Shown: piece after piece, positions 1 to 10,248 of the stretch | Layout: each line of letters begins with the position of its first letter | Numbering within the stretch: the first letter of the stretch is position 1 | The notes under the pieces: model-generated | The model's database searches: none | What the model was told of the DNA's origin: nothing | What the model saw: only the letters and a program-made list of their open reading frames with translations | Program-made: the position numbers and the translations under genes | Assembly (NCBI GenBank): GCA_051650705.1 | Contig: JBOFQV010000276.1 | Coordinates: forward strand, 10,311 to 74,310 | Reading direction: 5' to 3' | DNA: 64,000 nt | From: Clostridium sp. | GTDB taxonomy: Bacteria > Bacillota > Clostridia > Clostridiales > Clostridiaceae

Positions 1-1
1 A

Positions 2-1126
2 CTATTTATTATTAATAATTTTTCTATAAGCATCTAAAGTAAGTGAGGCAGTATTTTCCCAAGAAAACAGATTACTACGCATTAGAGATTTTTTAACCAT
101 AGTAAGCATTAAAAAGCTATCATTAAGTACACGAGAAATTGTATAACTTAAGGCTTCTGTATTATAAGGATTAACTAAGAGAGCAGAATCATAACAAACT
201 TCTGGAAGAGAGGTTACGTTTGATGCTATAACAGGTGTGCCACATGCCATTGCTTCAATTGGAGGTAAGCCAAAGCCCTCATAGTAAGATGGATACACTA
301 AAACTTCAGCAGCGTTATAAAATATTGGCATATCTTCAAGAGGAATAAACCCTGTAAATATTACTTCGTTGGATATACCTAAATCCTCAGTTCGTTTTTG
401 ATACTTGGGATAAGATATTCCTTTATTTCCTACAATAACTAGCTTGGTATTAAGACGCTCTTCTTTAGGGATTAATGAGAAAGCTTCTATTAAACCTATT
501 ATATTTTTTCTTGGACTAAATCCCCCAACATAAAGGACAAATTTATCATCAATATCATATTTATTTGAAATTATATTTTTACATTGACATTTGCTTAAAG
601 GTTTATATATTTTTTCAGCAGCTAAGTGTGTAACGAATATTTTATCTAGTGGATAATTAAACTCTTTTGATATATCTAATTTTGAAAACTCTGAAACGGT
701 AATTATTCCATCAATATCGTTAATTATTTTGGGTAAATCCTCATTGAAAATTTTTAGATATCGTTGACTTACTGTTTCTGGCATTCTTAAGGGTATTATA
801 TCATGCAATGTTATTACTTTTGGGCAATTAATTGAGGGAGAAAGCCCCACACCGTTTTGAGGAACATGATACAGATCAATATCATTATTATTTAAAATAT
901 TAGGAACTCTAATTTCATCCCAAAAATTATTATTTGGATTAGTGTCCACAATTTCTATATGAAAGTTATCATTTAAATTTTCAAGAGAAGAGTCTTCAGG
1001 AAGAAAGAGAAGGTATTGGTCCTCGCAATTAATTTTATTTAAATAAGTAATTAATTGATGTGTGTAGGTTCCAATTCCAGTTCCTCTATACCATTTTGCG
1101 GCTCTACCATCAATACAAATATTCAT
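2..1126 (-). CDS. Glycosyltransferase family 4 (CotSA-like spore coat GT)
   Basis: GT-B motif YEGFGLPPIEAMACG; divergent from cotS. Confidence 0.85.
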   Translation of the reverse strand: MNICIDGRAAKWYRGTGIGTYTHQLITYLNKINCEDQYLLFLPEDSSLENLNDNFHIEIVDTNPNNNFWDEIRVPNILNNNDIDLYHVPQNGVGLSPSINCPKVITLHDIIPLRMPETVSQRYLKIFNEDLPKIINDIDGIITVSEFSKLDISKEFNYPLDKIFVTHLAAEKIYKPLSKCQCKNIISNKYDIDDKFVLYVGGFSPRKNIIGLIEAFSLIPKEERLNTKLVIVGNKGISYPKYQKRTEDLGISNEVIFTGFIPLEDMPIFYNAAEVLVYPSYYEGFGLPPIEAMACGTPVIASNVTSLPEVCYDSALLVNPYNTEALSYTISRVLNDSFLMLTMVKKSLMRSNLFSWENTASLTLDAYRKIINNK

Positions 1127-1231
1127 GAGTTAACCCCTTTCTTTTACTTTTACTTTATTATATTAAAACAAATCAAAAAGTGTTAATAAAAGAAATTTAA
1201 CATACATATAAATATATAGGAGGTGAGGAAG

Positions 1232-2230
1232 ATGATGAGGGAATTCGAAATAGAAAGACAGTTTGACATCAAAATAGAAACCATTAAAGCAAATAAAGGT
1301 GTATATCATTTAAAGACTAACAAAGGGGAAAGATGCCTAAAGAAAATAAATTATGGGCCACAGAAACTATTATTTGTTTATGGAGCAAAAGAGCACCTAG
1401 TTAACAATGGATTCAATAAAGTAGATAATTACTTTTTAAACATAGAAGGGGAACCATATGCATTAGTTAATGAGGACTTATACACCCTTTCAGAATGGTT
1501 AGAAGGAAGAGAGTGTGACTTCCATAACATAGAAGAAGTAAAAATGGCAAGTGAAACCTTAGCAAAAATGCATGAGGCATCAAAAGGATATGATCCACCA
1601 GAAAATTCTAAGTTGAAAAGTGATTTAGGAAGATGGCCAAGCCTTATGAATAAGCGTATTAAAGCTTTAGATAAAATGAGAGATATGGTAAGAAAAAAAT
1701 CGGCTAAGTCTGATTTTGATCTTGTATATTTAAAGTCCATTGATTTTTATAAAGAAATGGGTAAAGAAGCTTTAAAAACAATGGAAGAATCAGAGTACTA
1801 TGAATTATGTATGATTGCAGAAAAAGATAAGGGTTTTTGCCATCATGATTTTACCTATCATAATATAATATTGACTGAGAATGAAGGGACATATGTAATT
1901 GATTTTGATTACTGCAAAAGGGAGATAAGAGCCTTTGATATTTCTAATTTTATGATAAAGGTTTTAAAGAGGGTTGATTGGAATGTTGAGTTTGCAAGAG
2001 CTATAATAGAATCTTATAGTAATGTAAGTGAAATTAAAGCAGAAGAGTATAAAGTATTATATTCATTCTTACAATTTCCACAAAGGTACTGGAGATTAGC
2101 TAATAGATATTATTATAATGAGGTTAATTGGGGACAATCAACATTTACCAATAAAATAGAATCAATTATAAATGAAAAAGAAAACCATCTTGAATTCTTA
2201 AAGAAATTTAAAGAAGAGTTTCTTAAATAA
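1232..2230 (+). CDS. cotS: CotS-family spore coat protein (kinase-like fold)
   Basis: CHHDFTYHN and IDFD motifs; GGAGGTGA RBS before ATG 1232. Confidence 0.85.
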   Translation: MMREFEIERQFDIKIETIKANKGVYHLKTNKGERCLKKINYGPQKLLFVYGAKEHLVNNGFNKVDNYFLNIEGEPYALVNEDLYTLSEWLEGRECDFHNIEEVKMASETLAKMHEASKGYDPPENSKLKSDLGRWPSLMNKRIKALDKMRDMVRKKSAKSDFDLVYLKSIDFYKEMGKEALKTMEESEYYELCMIAEKDKGFCHHDFTYHNIILTENEGTYVIDFDYCKREIRAFDISNFMIKVLKRVDWNVEFARAIIESYSNVSEIKAEEYKVLYSFLQFPQRYWRLANRYYYNEVNWGQSTFTNKIESIINEKENHLEFLKKFKEEFLK

Positions 2231-2259
2231 AAAAGCATGGATAACCATGCTTTTTTTTT
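2231..2259 (+). terminator. Intrinsic terminator after cotS
   Basis: AAAAGCATGG-ATAA-CCATGCTTTT plus T-run. Confidence 0.85.
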
Positions 2260-2319
2260 GTAACAAAAAAAGAACTTTTGAATACAATAAATGAAGAATA
2301 CTATTTTAAAGAGGTAAAT

Positions 2320-3192
2320 ATGGTAGTTGGAGACATAGTAGTAAGAAAATCATACGATAAGGACATCACCTTTAAAATTATCGATATTAAAGAAGAAAAA
2401 GGGGAAGTTATATATATATTAAAAGGGATTAATATAAGAATTATAGCAGATTCAGTAAGAGATGACTTAGAAGTAGTTGATGAGAATTATTTAGCAAAGA
2501 CAGATAAAATATTAAATGCTAGAGTATCTAAGGCTATTAAAAATGTTATGGCTACCAGAACAACAATGCCCAGTAGTAGCAGAGGAGCAGCAAAATCACC
2601 AAAAATAACTACAAATAAGGAGTTGCTTTTTGGAAGAGCTGGAAAGGTGCTTCATATTGATGGCGATAGTGAGTATATGGAAACATGCTTGAAAGTATAT
2701 AAACAGTTAGGAATAGATGCTGTTGGGAAGCACATAAGAGAAATAGATCAACCTAAGATGGTAATTGAGCTTGTTAAGGGAATTAAGCCAGATATAGTTG
2801 TATTAACAGGGCATGATGGTATATTAAAAGATACAAAAGACTTTTTAAATATAAATAATTATAGAAATTCAATATACTATATTGAAGCTGTAAAAGAACT
2901 TAGAAATTACAATTCAAGTTATGATGAATTGGTGATTTTTGCAGGGGCATGCCAAAGTTGTTATGAAGAACTGTTAAAGGTTGGGGCAAATTTTGCTTCA
3001 TCACCTAATAGAGTTTTAATACATTGTTTAGATCCTGTTTTTGTATGTGAAAAAATAGCATATACAAGAATCGACAAATTTGTAGCAATAACAGAGGTGA
3101 TTGAGAATACAATAACAGGCATAAAAGGAATAGGTGGATTACAAACAAGAGGAAAATATAGAGAAGGATATCCAAAGTCACCTTATGCCTAA
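2320..3192 (+). CDS. yabG: Sporulation peptidase YabG
   Basis: GDIVVRKSY N-terminus, LTGHD and AGACQS catalytic motifs; GAGGT RBS; yabG-veg synteny. Confidence 0.93.
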   Translation: MVVGDIVVRKSYDKDITFKIIDIKEEKGEVIYILKGINIRIIADSVRDDLEVVDENYLAKTDKILNARVSKAIKNVMATRTTMPSSSRGAAKSPKITTNKELLFGRAGKVLHIDGDSEYMETCLKVYKQLGIDAVGKHIREIDQPKMVIELVKGIKPDIVVLTGHDGILKDTKDFLNINNYRNSIYYIEAVKELRNYNSSYDELVIFAGACQSCYEELLKVGANFASSPNRVLIHCLDPVFVCEKIAYTRIDKFVAITEVIENTITGIKGIGGLQTRGKYREGYPKSPYA

Positions 3193-3278
3193 ATATTATT
3201 TTTTTCATAATATAAACACAATTAGTGAATAAAAAATTAGAAATTACTAAGAATATATTACGTAAATAAAAGTTTTTG

Positions 3279-3347
3279 TTGACAAAGCCAGTTTAAAAGT
3301 GATAAAATTATGGTTTTTATTGACAAAATGGAAAAAATATGTATAAT
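3279..3347 (+). promoter_or_regulatory. Tandem sigmaA promoters of veg
   Basis: TTGACA(3279)-18-TAAAAT with TG extension, and TTGACA(3320)-16-TATAAT. Confidence 0.75.
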
Positions 3348-3372
3348 ATATATTGAAAGAGGGTGTTTGAAA

Positions 3373-3609
3373 ATGGAAAAAATTAAAACCATTGCAACAA
3401 TTAAGAGGGACATAGAAAAACATGTTGGCCAAAATGTTACATTGAAAGCTAACGGTGGAAGAAAGAAAGTTCTAATTAATGATGGTGTAATTGAAAGTGT
3501 TTACCCAAGTATTTTCGTAATTAGATTAAATTGCGACACCCAAAGGACAGTGACATATAGTTATTCAGATGTATTAACTAAAACAGTGCAATTAGTATTC
3601 TCAGCATAA
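3373..3609 (+). CDS. veg: Veg family protein
   Basis: ANGGRKK...YPSIF...YSYSDVLT signature. Confidence 0.95.
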   Translation: MEKIKTIATIKRDIEKHVGQNVTLKANGGRKKVLINDGVIESVYPSIFVIRLNCDTQRTVTYSYSDVLTKTVQLVFSA

Positions 3610-3636
3610 AAACTTCGATTTTCGAAGTTTTTTTTT
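3608..3636 (+). terminator. Intrinsic terminator after veg
   Basis: AACTTCGA/TCGAAGTT stem plus T-run. Confidence 0.85.
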
Positions 3637-3732
3637 GTTTAAAAAAGTACAGTCAAAAATAATTTATGCTCTTTTAAAATAACTTTAAGAATATTAGAAC
3701 ATATTTAACATAGAATATAATAGTCTTAAAAT

Positions 3733-3824
3733 AAAAAAAAAAGAAAGATGGTGGGTTTCCATCTTTCAACTATGGTATAAAAGGGTATTGAGAATTTATG
3801 AGAGGTTATATGGTCAATAACCAA
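3733..3824 (-). ncRNA. Candidate ~90-nt small RNA
   Basis: Minus-strand TTGACA(3858-3853)-17-TAATAT promoter, 5' hairpin GGTTAT/ATAACC, CU-rich linker, 9-bp terminator GAAAGATGG/CCATCTTTC plus U10; no ORF. Confidence 0.7.
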
Positions 3825-4030
3825 GATTAATATTACGACAAATTAAGACTATTGTCAACAGTTTTTTTGAAAAAAATTATTTAATTATAAAAAATAAGAG
3901 TTAAAAACCTAAATGATGGATGTTTTAATGAGTCGTGTCAAAAAATGTAGAAAATATTTTATTAAAAATTGGTATCAGAATTATTTAAGAACTATATAAA
4001 TAGTAGTAGGTATTTTATAGGAGGGATATA

Positions 4031-5593
4031 ATGTCCAGAATAGATGTAATTAAAGAAAATGGTCAATTTGAACAATTACTAAGAGTGACAAATTCAAATT
4101 CACTATTAAAAGATGAGTATCTTATTCCAGATACACATCCAGATGTACAAGAGATATTGTTTATTGATGCTAAACCTATGATAGTGAGCAAAGAGCTAGT
4201 TGGAGAAAAATACTTATTAGAAGGTAGAGTAGACTATACAGTTTTATATTTAGCAAGAGAAGAAGATAACCTTGTTAATGCTGTTAACTACTCACAAAAA
4301 TTTACCAATTACTTAGACCTTGCTGAAGGAGAACATAGAGTAGAGTGTGAAGCTGAATGTAAAATAGAACATATCGACTCAAAAATAATGAATGAGAGAA
4401 AAATTTCTGTTGAAAGTGTTATAAGTATTGATTGGGAATTATACAAGAACACTGAGTTTGAATTTGTTAAAGATATAGAAGGTTCAGACGGTATAGAAGT
4501 ATTAAAAAAGAGTGAGTCAATAAATAGATTAGCAGCAAATCAAGCGTTAGACCTTAATGGTAAGTCTATGATTAGAGTAGGAATGGACAAACCTCAAATT
4601 GGAAAAGTTTTAAGCTGCGCAGCAAATCTTCACAAAAAGGAAATGAAAGTATTAGAAGACAAAGTTTATGTTTCATGTTATTGCAAAGTAAGCATATTAT
4701 ATTCAGCATCCGATAGTAATGATGTTATATGCTTAAGCGATGATATTTACTTATCAAGGGAAGAAGAGGTTTCAGGAGTTTCAGGGGATATGATACCAAA
4801 TGTTACTTTTGAGATATCTAATAAAGAATTAAGCTTAGGAGAAGATGATTTAGGAGAAGTTAGAATAGTAAATGTTGATGCAGGGGTAAAAGTAAATATT
4901 AAAATTTTCTCTAAGGAAAATATTGATGTTATAAATGATGCATATTCTCCAAAGATATTAATGGATTTAAGAAAAGATAAATATGAAATTGGTGGAATAC
5001 AAGGGAATCAATCATCAGAAGTAATAGTAAAAGAAACGTTATCTCCTCAAAGTGAAGAGATAAAACCAGAACAAGTTTTAACATCTACAGTTACTCCTAT
5101 GATAGTTAATACTCAAGTTTTAGATGACAAAGTAGTTTCAGATGGAATTGTTAAGATTGATGTTCTATATAAAACATCTGATGAGAATAAAATGGTAGCA
5201 CATATACAAGAAGAACTTCCATTTAATTCAGTAGTAGAAATTCCAGGTGTAAAGCCAGGAATGAAACCATTAGTAAAAAGTAATGTTGAAAATATAGATA
5301 CAGCAATAGAAGGCAATAACATAGCTGTTAAAGTTAACTTAAATATAGTTGCAAAAGCTTTCTTTGAAGTTTCTAAGGAATTCATTTCAGATGTACAAGA
5401 AGTTGAAGGGGAAATTCCTAAGAAAAAAGCAAGTATAACTATTTATATAGTTGATAAGGGTGATTCTTTATGGGGATTAGCTAAAAAGTATAATACAACT
5501 ACTGCAGAAATTAAGAAGCTTAATGGAATGGATGATGATCAAGACATTAATAATGGAGATAAACTTCTAATTCCAGGTAGAGCAATATTCTAA
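4031..5593 (+). CDS. sipL: SipL/SpoVID-like coat morphogenetic protein (SPOCS/DUF3794 repeats plus C-terminal LysM)
   Basis: IPDTHPDV SPOCS-type start; C-terminal YIVDKGDSLWGLAKKY LysM; veg-sipL-ispE synteny. Confidence 0.85.
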   Translation: MSRIDVIKENGQFEQLLRVTNSNSLLKDEYLIPDTHPDVQEILFIDAKPMIVSKELVGEKYLLEGRVDYTVLYLAREEDNLVNAVNYSQKFTNYLDLAEGEHRVECEAECKIEHIDSKIMNERKISVESVISIDWELYKNTEFEFVKDIEGSDGIEVLKKSESINRLAANQALDLNGKSMIRVGMDKPQIGKVLSCAANLHKKEMKVLEDKVYVSCYCKVSILYSASDSNDVICLSDDIYLSREEEVSGVSGDMIPNVTFEISNKELSLGEDDLGEVRIVNVDAGVKVNIKIFSKENIDVINDAYSPKILMDLRKDKYEIGGIQGNQSSEVIVKETLSPQSEEIKPEQVLTSTVTPMIVNTQVLDDKVVSDGIVKIDVLYKTSDENKMVAHIQEELPFNSVVEIPGVKPGMKPLVKSNVENIDTAIEGNNIAVKVNLNIVAKAFFEVSKEFISDVQEVEGEIPKKKASITIYIVDKGDSLWGLAKKYNTTTAEIKKLNGMDDDQDINNGDKLLIPGRAIF

Positions 5594-5612
5594 GATTTAA
5601 AGAATAAAGAAT

Positions 5613-5663
5613 AAAGTAGATACTTAGTGTGTAATATATTTCACATAAAGTATCTACTTTTTT
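5613..5663 (+). terminator. Terminator after sipL
   Basis: AAAGTAGATACTT/AAGTATCTACTTT stem plus T-run. Confidence 0.8.
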
Positions 5664-5721
5664 ATTTTATTGATAAATTATATAAATATTAAGCAAATAA
5701 AAGAGATTTTATTACAAATAT

Positions 5722-5751
5722 GAATATAAGATATATTTTTTGGAAACAATA
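5722..5751 (+). promoter_or_regulatory. SigF/SigG-type forespore promoter of cphBA
   Basis: GAATA-15-GGAAACAATA matches GYATA-N15-GGnnAnAHTR. Confidence 0.65.
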
Positions 5752-5778
5752 GAAAATGCACGATTTGAGGTGATAATA

Positions 5779-6624
5779 ATGAAAAACATACCCAAAGGCA
5801 ATCTAATAATAATAGGTGGAGCAGAAGATAAAGAAGGTAGAAAAATTATTTTAGATAGGGCGTGTAGTCATATCAATAGGGAAAATGATGTGCTCTTAGT
5901 AGCAACAATTGCAACGGAGTACCCTGAAGAAGCAGCCCAAAAATACAGAAAAGCTTTTTCGGAATTAAATGTAAAAAAAATAAAAATTTTAAATATAACT
6001 GATAGGAAGGATGCTTACGAGGAGAAAAATATAGATTTAGTAAAGGAAGCGACGTTAATATTCTTTACTGGAGGAGACCAATTAAGAATTACAAGCTTAA
6101 TTGGAGGTACACCTGTATATGATGCATTAATGGATTTTCATAAGCAAGGAAAATATATTGTTGGAACTTCAGCAGGGGCATCAGTAATGAGTGATACAAT
6201 GATAATCGGAGGAGAAGAGGAAGATTCACCGAAGAAGAGTAATTTAAGTATGTCTCCAGGTCTAGGAATGATAAAAAATGTTATAATAGATCAACATTTT
6301 GATCAAAGAGGTAGAATTGGAAGGCTTTTATCTGGGGTTGCACAAAATCCAGAGGTATTAGGAATAGGAATTGATGAAAATACAGCTATATTTGTTAATT
6401 CACAAGGATATATAGAGGTAGTTGGTGAAGGGGTAGTATATTTTATAGATGGAAGTCAAATCACATATACAAATGTATCAGAACAACATACAGATGAGGT
6501 GCTTTCTATGTACAATGTAAAGCTACATGTACTTAAAGATGGAAATAAATTTTCACTTTTAAATAGAACGCCTTATGAGGAGGAAACAATAAAAGATGAA
6601 GATTATAAGAGAAAAAATATATGA
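5779..6624 (+). CDS. cphB: Cyanophycinase
   Basis: IIGGAEDK, FTGGDQ, GTSAG (Ser), DQHF (His), GIDE motifs; GAGGTG RBS. Confidence 0.93.
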   Translation: MKNIPKGNLIIIGGAEDKEGRKIILDRACSHINRENDVLLVATIATEYPEEAAQKYRKAFSELNVKKIKILNITDRKDAYEEKNIDLVKEATLIFFTGGDQLRITSLIGGTPVYDALMDFHKQGKYIVGTSAGASVMSDTMIIGGEEEDSPKKSNLSMSPGLGMIKNVIIDQHFDQRGRIGRLLSGVAQNPEVLGIGIDENTAIFVNSQGYIEVVGEGVVYFIDGSQITYTNVSEQHTDEVLSMYNVKLHVLKDGNKFSLLNRTPYEEETIKDEDYKRKNI

Positions 6625-9208
6625 AGGAAGAAATATATATTCTCATAAAAAATGTATAAGATTAGATGTTGACTTAGAAGGGTATTGTGAAACCCCAAGT
6701 AAGGATATTGAGAATTTTAATAATGGTTTAGTTGAATTATTGCCAGAGTTATATAGTCATAGATGTGGTGTAGATGAAGAGGGCGGATTTGTAAAGAGAT
6801 TACATGAAGGTACTTATTTAGCTCATATTTGTGAACATATAATTATATGCTTACAAAATAAAGTTGGTATTGAAGTGTGTTATGGTAAGGCAAGAGAAAT
6901 AACAGGCGATTTTTATTATATAATTTATCAATATGAATATGAACGAGTTGGATTAGAATGTGGGAGATTAGCAGTTGAAATAATAAACTCATTAATAAAG
7001 GGAGAAGTTATAGCCAATTTTAACCAAAGGGTAAAATTATTAGAGGAAATATTTGAAAAGGAAATAGTAGGTCCAAGTACAAGAGCAATTATAGAATCAG
7101 CTAAAAAAGAAGAATTCCCAATAATTAAATTGGGTGATAGTGGTTTCTATCAAATTGGATATGGAAAGCAAGGTAGAGTATTTGAAGCTACTATAGGAAG
7201 TAATACTGCATGTGTAGCTGCTGATATTTCATGTGATAAATTATTAACTAAAGAGCTATTATCAATTCAAAATATACCTGTTGCATATGGTACAAAGGTA
7301 TATAATATAATAAACCTTCTAAAAGAGGGGGAAGCTATAGGGTATCCTTTAGTTTTAAAACCTCAATATGGCAATAAGGGAAATGGAGTAATAGTTAATA
7401 TAAAAAATGAAAAGGAATTAGTTAAAGCCTATAATCAAATAGGTAAAAATTACAAAGATATAATTCTAGAAGAATATGTAGTAGGAAAAGACTATAGGGT
7501 TTGTGTTGTAGATTATAAGGTTGTAGCTGTTGCGTTAAGAGTCCCACCATTTATTATTGGAGATGGTGTTAAAAGTATAAAATCATTAATTTTTGAACTG
7601 AATAATGATCCTTTAAGAGGAAAAGATCATGAGAAGCCATTAACTAAAATAAAGATAGATGAGAATTTATTAAATATTTTAGAGGAAAATGGATATAATA
7701 TAACATCTATTCTTGAAAAAGATAAGAAAATATATTTAAGAAAGAATGCAAATATATCTACTGGTGGTTTATCAATCGATTGTACGGATGAAATATGTGA
7801 GGAAAACATAGATATATGCATAAGAGCTGCAAAGGCTATTGGATTAGATGTATGTGGAATTGATATATGTACAGAAGATATTTCTATACCATTAAATAAT
7901 AATGGTGTGATTATGGAAGTAAATGCAGCACCGGGCATAAGAATGCATGAATATCCTTCTAGTGGTGAAAAAAGAAATGTAGGAGAAAGTATATTCAATA
8001 TGCTATATAAAAATGGCAAAAAGAATATACCAATAATATCAGTTACAGGTACTAATGGAAAAACCACTACTACAAGATTAATTTCACATGTTTTATCTCT
8101 TATGGGATACACTGTTGGGATGACTTCAACTGAAGGTATATTTATTAATGGGAAGTGTATTGATAAAGGTGATGATACTGGATATTATAGTGCAAAAGCT
8201 ATTTTATTAAATAAGGAAGTTGAAATTGGAGTATTAGAAACAGCAAGAGGTGGATTAATTAGAAATGGGTTAGCATATGATATGTCAGATGTTGCAGTCA
8301 TAACTAATATTACTGAAGATCATTTAGGTATTGATGAAGTTGATACTATGGAAGATTTAAGTAAGGTTAAGGCTTTAGTTGTTGAGGCTGTAAAGAAAGA
8401 TGGATATGCAGTTATAAATGCTGATGATTATTGGAGTCGGGATATAATAAATAGGATAAATGCTAATATAATCTATTTCTCAAAGGATAAAAATAATGAG
8501 CTGATTAAAAAGGCTATTAGACAAGGAGAAATATGTGTTTTTACAGATGATAATTATATTAAAGTTATAAGTAATAAAAAGGAATATAGAGTTGTAGCTA
8601 TAAAAGATATACCAATAACTTTAAATGGTCATTTAACATTCAATATAGAAAATGCATTAGCATCTTGTTCAGCTTTAGTTGGGCTTGGTATTGATTATTG
8701 TATGATTGCAAAAGGGTTGATGTCTTTTGCTTTAAATGATCAACATAATCCGGGAAGATTTAATATTTATGATGTGTGTGGAAGAAAAGTTATTTTAGAT
8801 TATGGTCATAATATTGAAGGGTATAAAGCGGTTTTAAAAGGACTTTCTAAAATAGAATGTAGTTCAAAAATTGGAGTAATTGGAGTTCCTGGAGATAGAA
8901 GTGAAGAAATGACTATGAAAATAGGTGAAATTTGTGGGGAATATCTCGATAGAATAATAATTAAAGAAGACGTTGATAGAAGAGGAAAGAAAGTGGGAGA
9001 AGTTGCAGAGCTATTAGAGTATGGTGTGAAAAATAAAAATATAAACTATACAATTGAGTTAGATGAACGAATAGCTTTTAGAGATGCTTTTAATAATAGT
9101 GATATTGGAGACTTGATAATAGTATTTTATGAAAAAAGAGCACCTTTAATTGAAGAAATAAATAATATGATAAATAATGATGAAGGTAAAGTAATAAATA
9201 ATGTATAG
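6596..9208 (+). CDS. cphA: Cyanophycin synthetase CphA1
   Basis: N-domain Cx19HxxEH, ATP-grasp (EVNAAPGIRMH) and Mur-ligase (VTGTNGKTTT, ETARGG) domains. Confidence 0.95.
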   Translation: MKIIREKIYEGRNIYSHKKCIRLDVDLEGYCETPSKDIENFNNGLVELLPELYSHRCGVDEEGGFVKRLHEGTYLAHICEHIIICLQNKVGIEVCYGKAREITGDFYYIIYQYEYERVGLECGRLAVEIINSLIKGEVIANFNQRVKLLEEIFEKEIVGPSTRAIIESAKKEEFPIIKLGDSGFYQIGYGKQGRVFEATIGSNTACVAADISCDKLLTKELLSIQNIPVAYGTKVYNIINLLKEGEAIGYPLVLKPQYGNKGNGVIVNIKNEKELVKAYNQIGKNYKDIILEEYVVGKDYRVCVVDYKVVAVALRVPPFIIGDGVKSIKSLIFELNNDPLRGKDHEKPLTKIKIDENLLNILEENGYNITSILEKDKKIYLRKNANISTGGLSIDCTDEICEENIDICIRAAKAIGLDVCGIDICTEDISIPLNNNGVIMEVNAAPGIRMHEYPSSGEKRNVGESIFNMLYKNGKKNIPIISVTGTNGKTTTTRLISHVLSLMGYTVGMTSTEGIFINGKCIDKGDDTGYYSAKAILLNKEVEIGVLETARGGLIRNGLAYDMSDVAVITNITEDHLGIDEVDTMEDLSKVKALVVEAVKKDGYAVINADDYWSRDIINRINANIIYFSKDKNNELIKKAIRQGEICVFTDDNYIKVISNKKEYRVVAIKDIPITLNGHLTFNIENALASCSALVGLGIDYCMIAKGLMSFALNDQHNPGRFNIYDVCGRKVILDYGHNIEGYKAVLKGLSKIECSSKIGVIGVPGDRSEEMTMKIGEICGEYLDRIIIKEDVDRRGKKVGEVAELLEYGVKNKNINYTIELDERIAFRDAFNNSDIGDLIIVFYEKRAPLIEEINNMINNDEGKVINNV

Positions 9209-9226
9209 TAAGCGATACTATGTAAT

Positions 9227-9260
9227 ATCAACTCACTAAGAAGATTCTTAGTGAGTTGAT
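9227..9260 (+). terminator. Terminator hairpin after cphA
   Basis: 16-bp perfect inverted repeat ATCAACTCACTAAGAA/TTCTTAGTGAGTTGAT. Confidence 0.75.
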
Positions 9261-9340
9261 TTAGTTTAATAGCAAATAGACATAATAAAAGTGCTATGAT
9301 AGAATTATGAATAATAAAAGAATAAAGGAAGGATATTAAT

Positions 9341-10183
9341 ATGAAATGTAAGGCTTATGCAAAAGTTAACATAGCATTAGATATAGTGGATAAGAGAGAA
9401 GATGGATATCATTTATTAAAAATGATAATGCAAGCAATAGATTTATATGATGAAGTTGAGGTTGTAAAGGCAAAGAAGGGAATTGTATTAGGATGTAATA
9501 AACCTTATTTACCTACTGATAATAGAAATTTGGCCTATAGAGCTGCTGAAAAATTTATGGAGAAGTATAACATTCAAGAGGGTGTAAAAATATTTATTAA
9601 GAAGAATATTCCTGTAGCAGCTGGTATGGCTGGAGGTAGTACTGATTGTGCAGCTGTTCTTAAGCTTATGAATAAGGTTTTTGAAGTAGGTGCCTCAGAA
9701 GAAGAACTAATGGAATTAGGATTAACATTGGGAGCGGACGTTCCTTACTGTATTGTTGGAGGGACAGCTTTATGTGAAGGGATTGGAGAAAAGGTTAAAA
9801 GACTAAAACCTTTCAAGGATAAAATAATGGTTATTGTAAAGCCTAGTTTTGGTGTATCAACCAAAGAGGTTTATGGTAACTTTGATTTATCTAAGGTTAT
9901 TAAACATCCAAAAGTAGATGAGTTAATTGAAGCAATGAATAGAGATGATATTTATTATGTTGCAGATAATATGAAAAATCTTTTAGAAAATGTTACGCTA
10001 AGAAAGCATAGTAAAATTATTAGAATTAAAAGCGATATGAATAAATATGGAGCATTAAATTCTATGATGAGTGGAAGTGGACCAACTGTATTTGGAATAT
10101 TTGAGGATATGATGAAGGCTCAAGCTTGTTATGAAGAAATGAAAAAGAACTATAAAGAGGTATTTATAACAAGAACTATATAA
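9341..10183 (+). CDS. ispE: 4-diphosphocytidyl-2-C-methyl-D-erythritol kinase
   Basis: AKVN, GHMP motif IPVAAGMAGGS, MSGSGPT. Confidence 0.96.
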   Translation: MKCKAYAKVNIALDIVDKREDGYHLLKMIMQAIDLYDEVEVVKAKKGIVLGCNKPYLPTDNRNLAYRAAEKFMEKYNIQEGVKIFIKKNIPVAAGMAGGSTDCAAVLKLMNKVFEVGASEEELMELGLTLGADVPYCIVGGTALCEGIGEKVKRLKPFKDKIMVIVKPSFGVSTKEVYGNFDLSKVIKHPKVDELIEAMNRDDIYYVADNMKNLLENVTLRKHSKIIRIKSDMNKYGALNSMMSGSGPTVFGIFEDMMKAQACYEEMKKNYKEVFITRTI

Positions 10184-10200
10184 AATTTTATATTTTTAAT

Positions 10201-10229
10201 GAATAGAAAGCCTCCTAGTGGACATACTT
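10201..10229 (+). promoter_or_regulatory. SigF-type promoter of spoIIR
   Basis: GAATA-14-GGACATACTT; spoIIR is a known SigF target. Confidence 0.7.
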
Positions 10230-10248
10230 AAAGCTACAGGGAGGTTTT

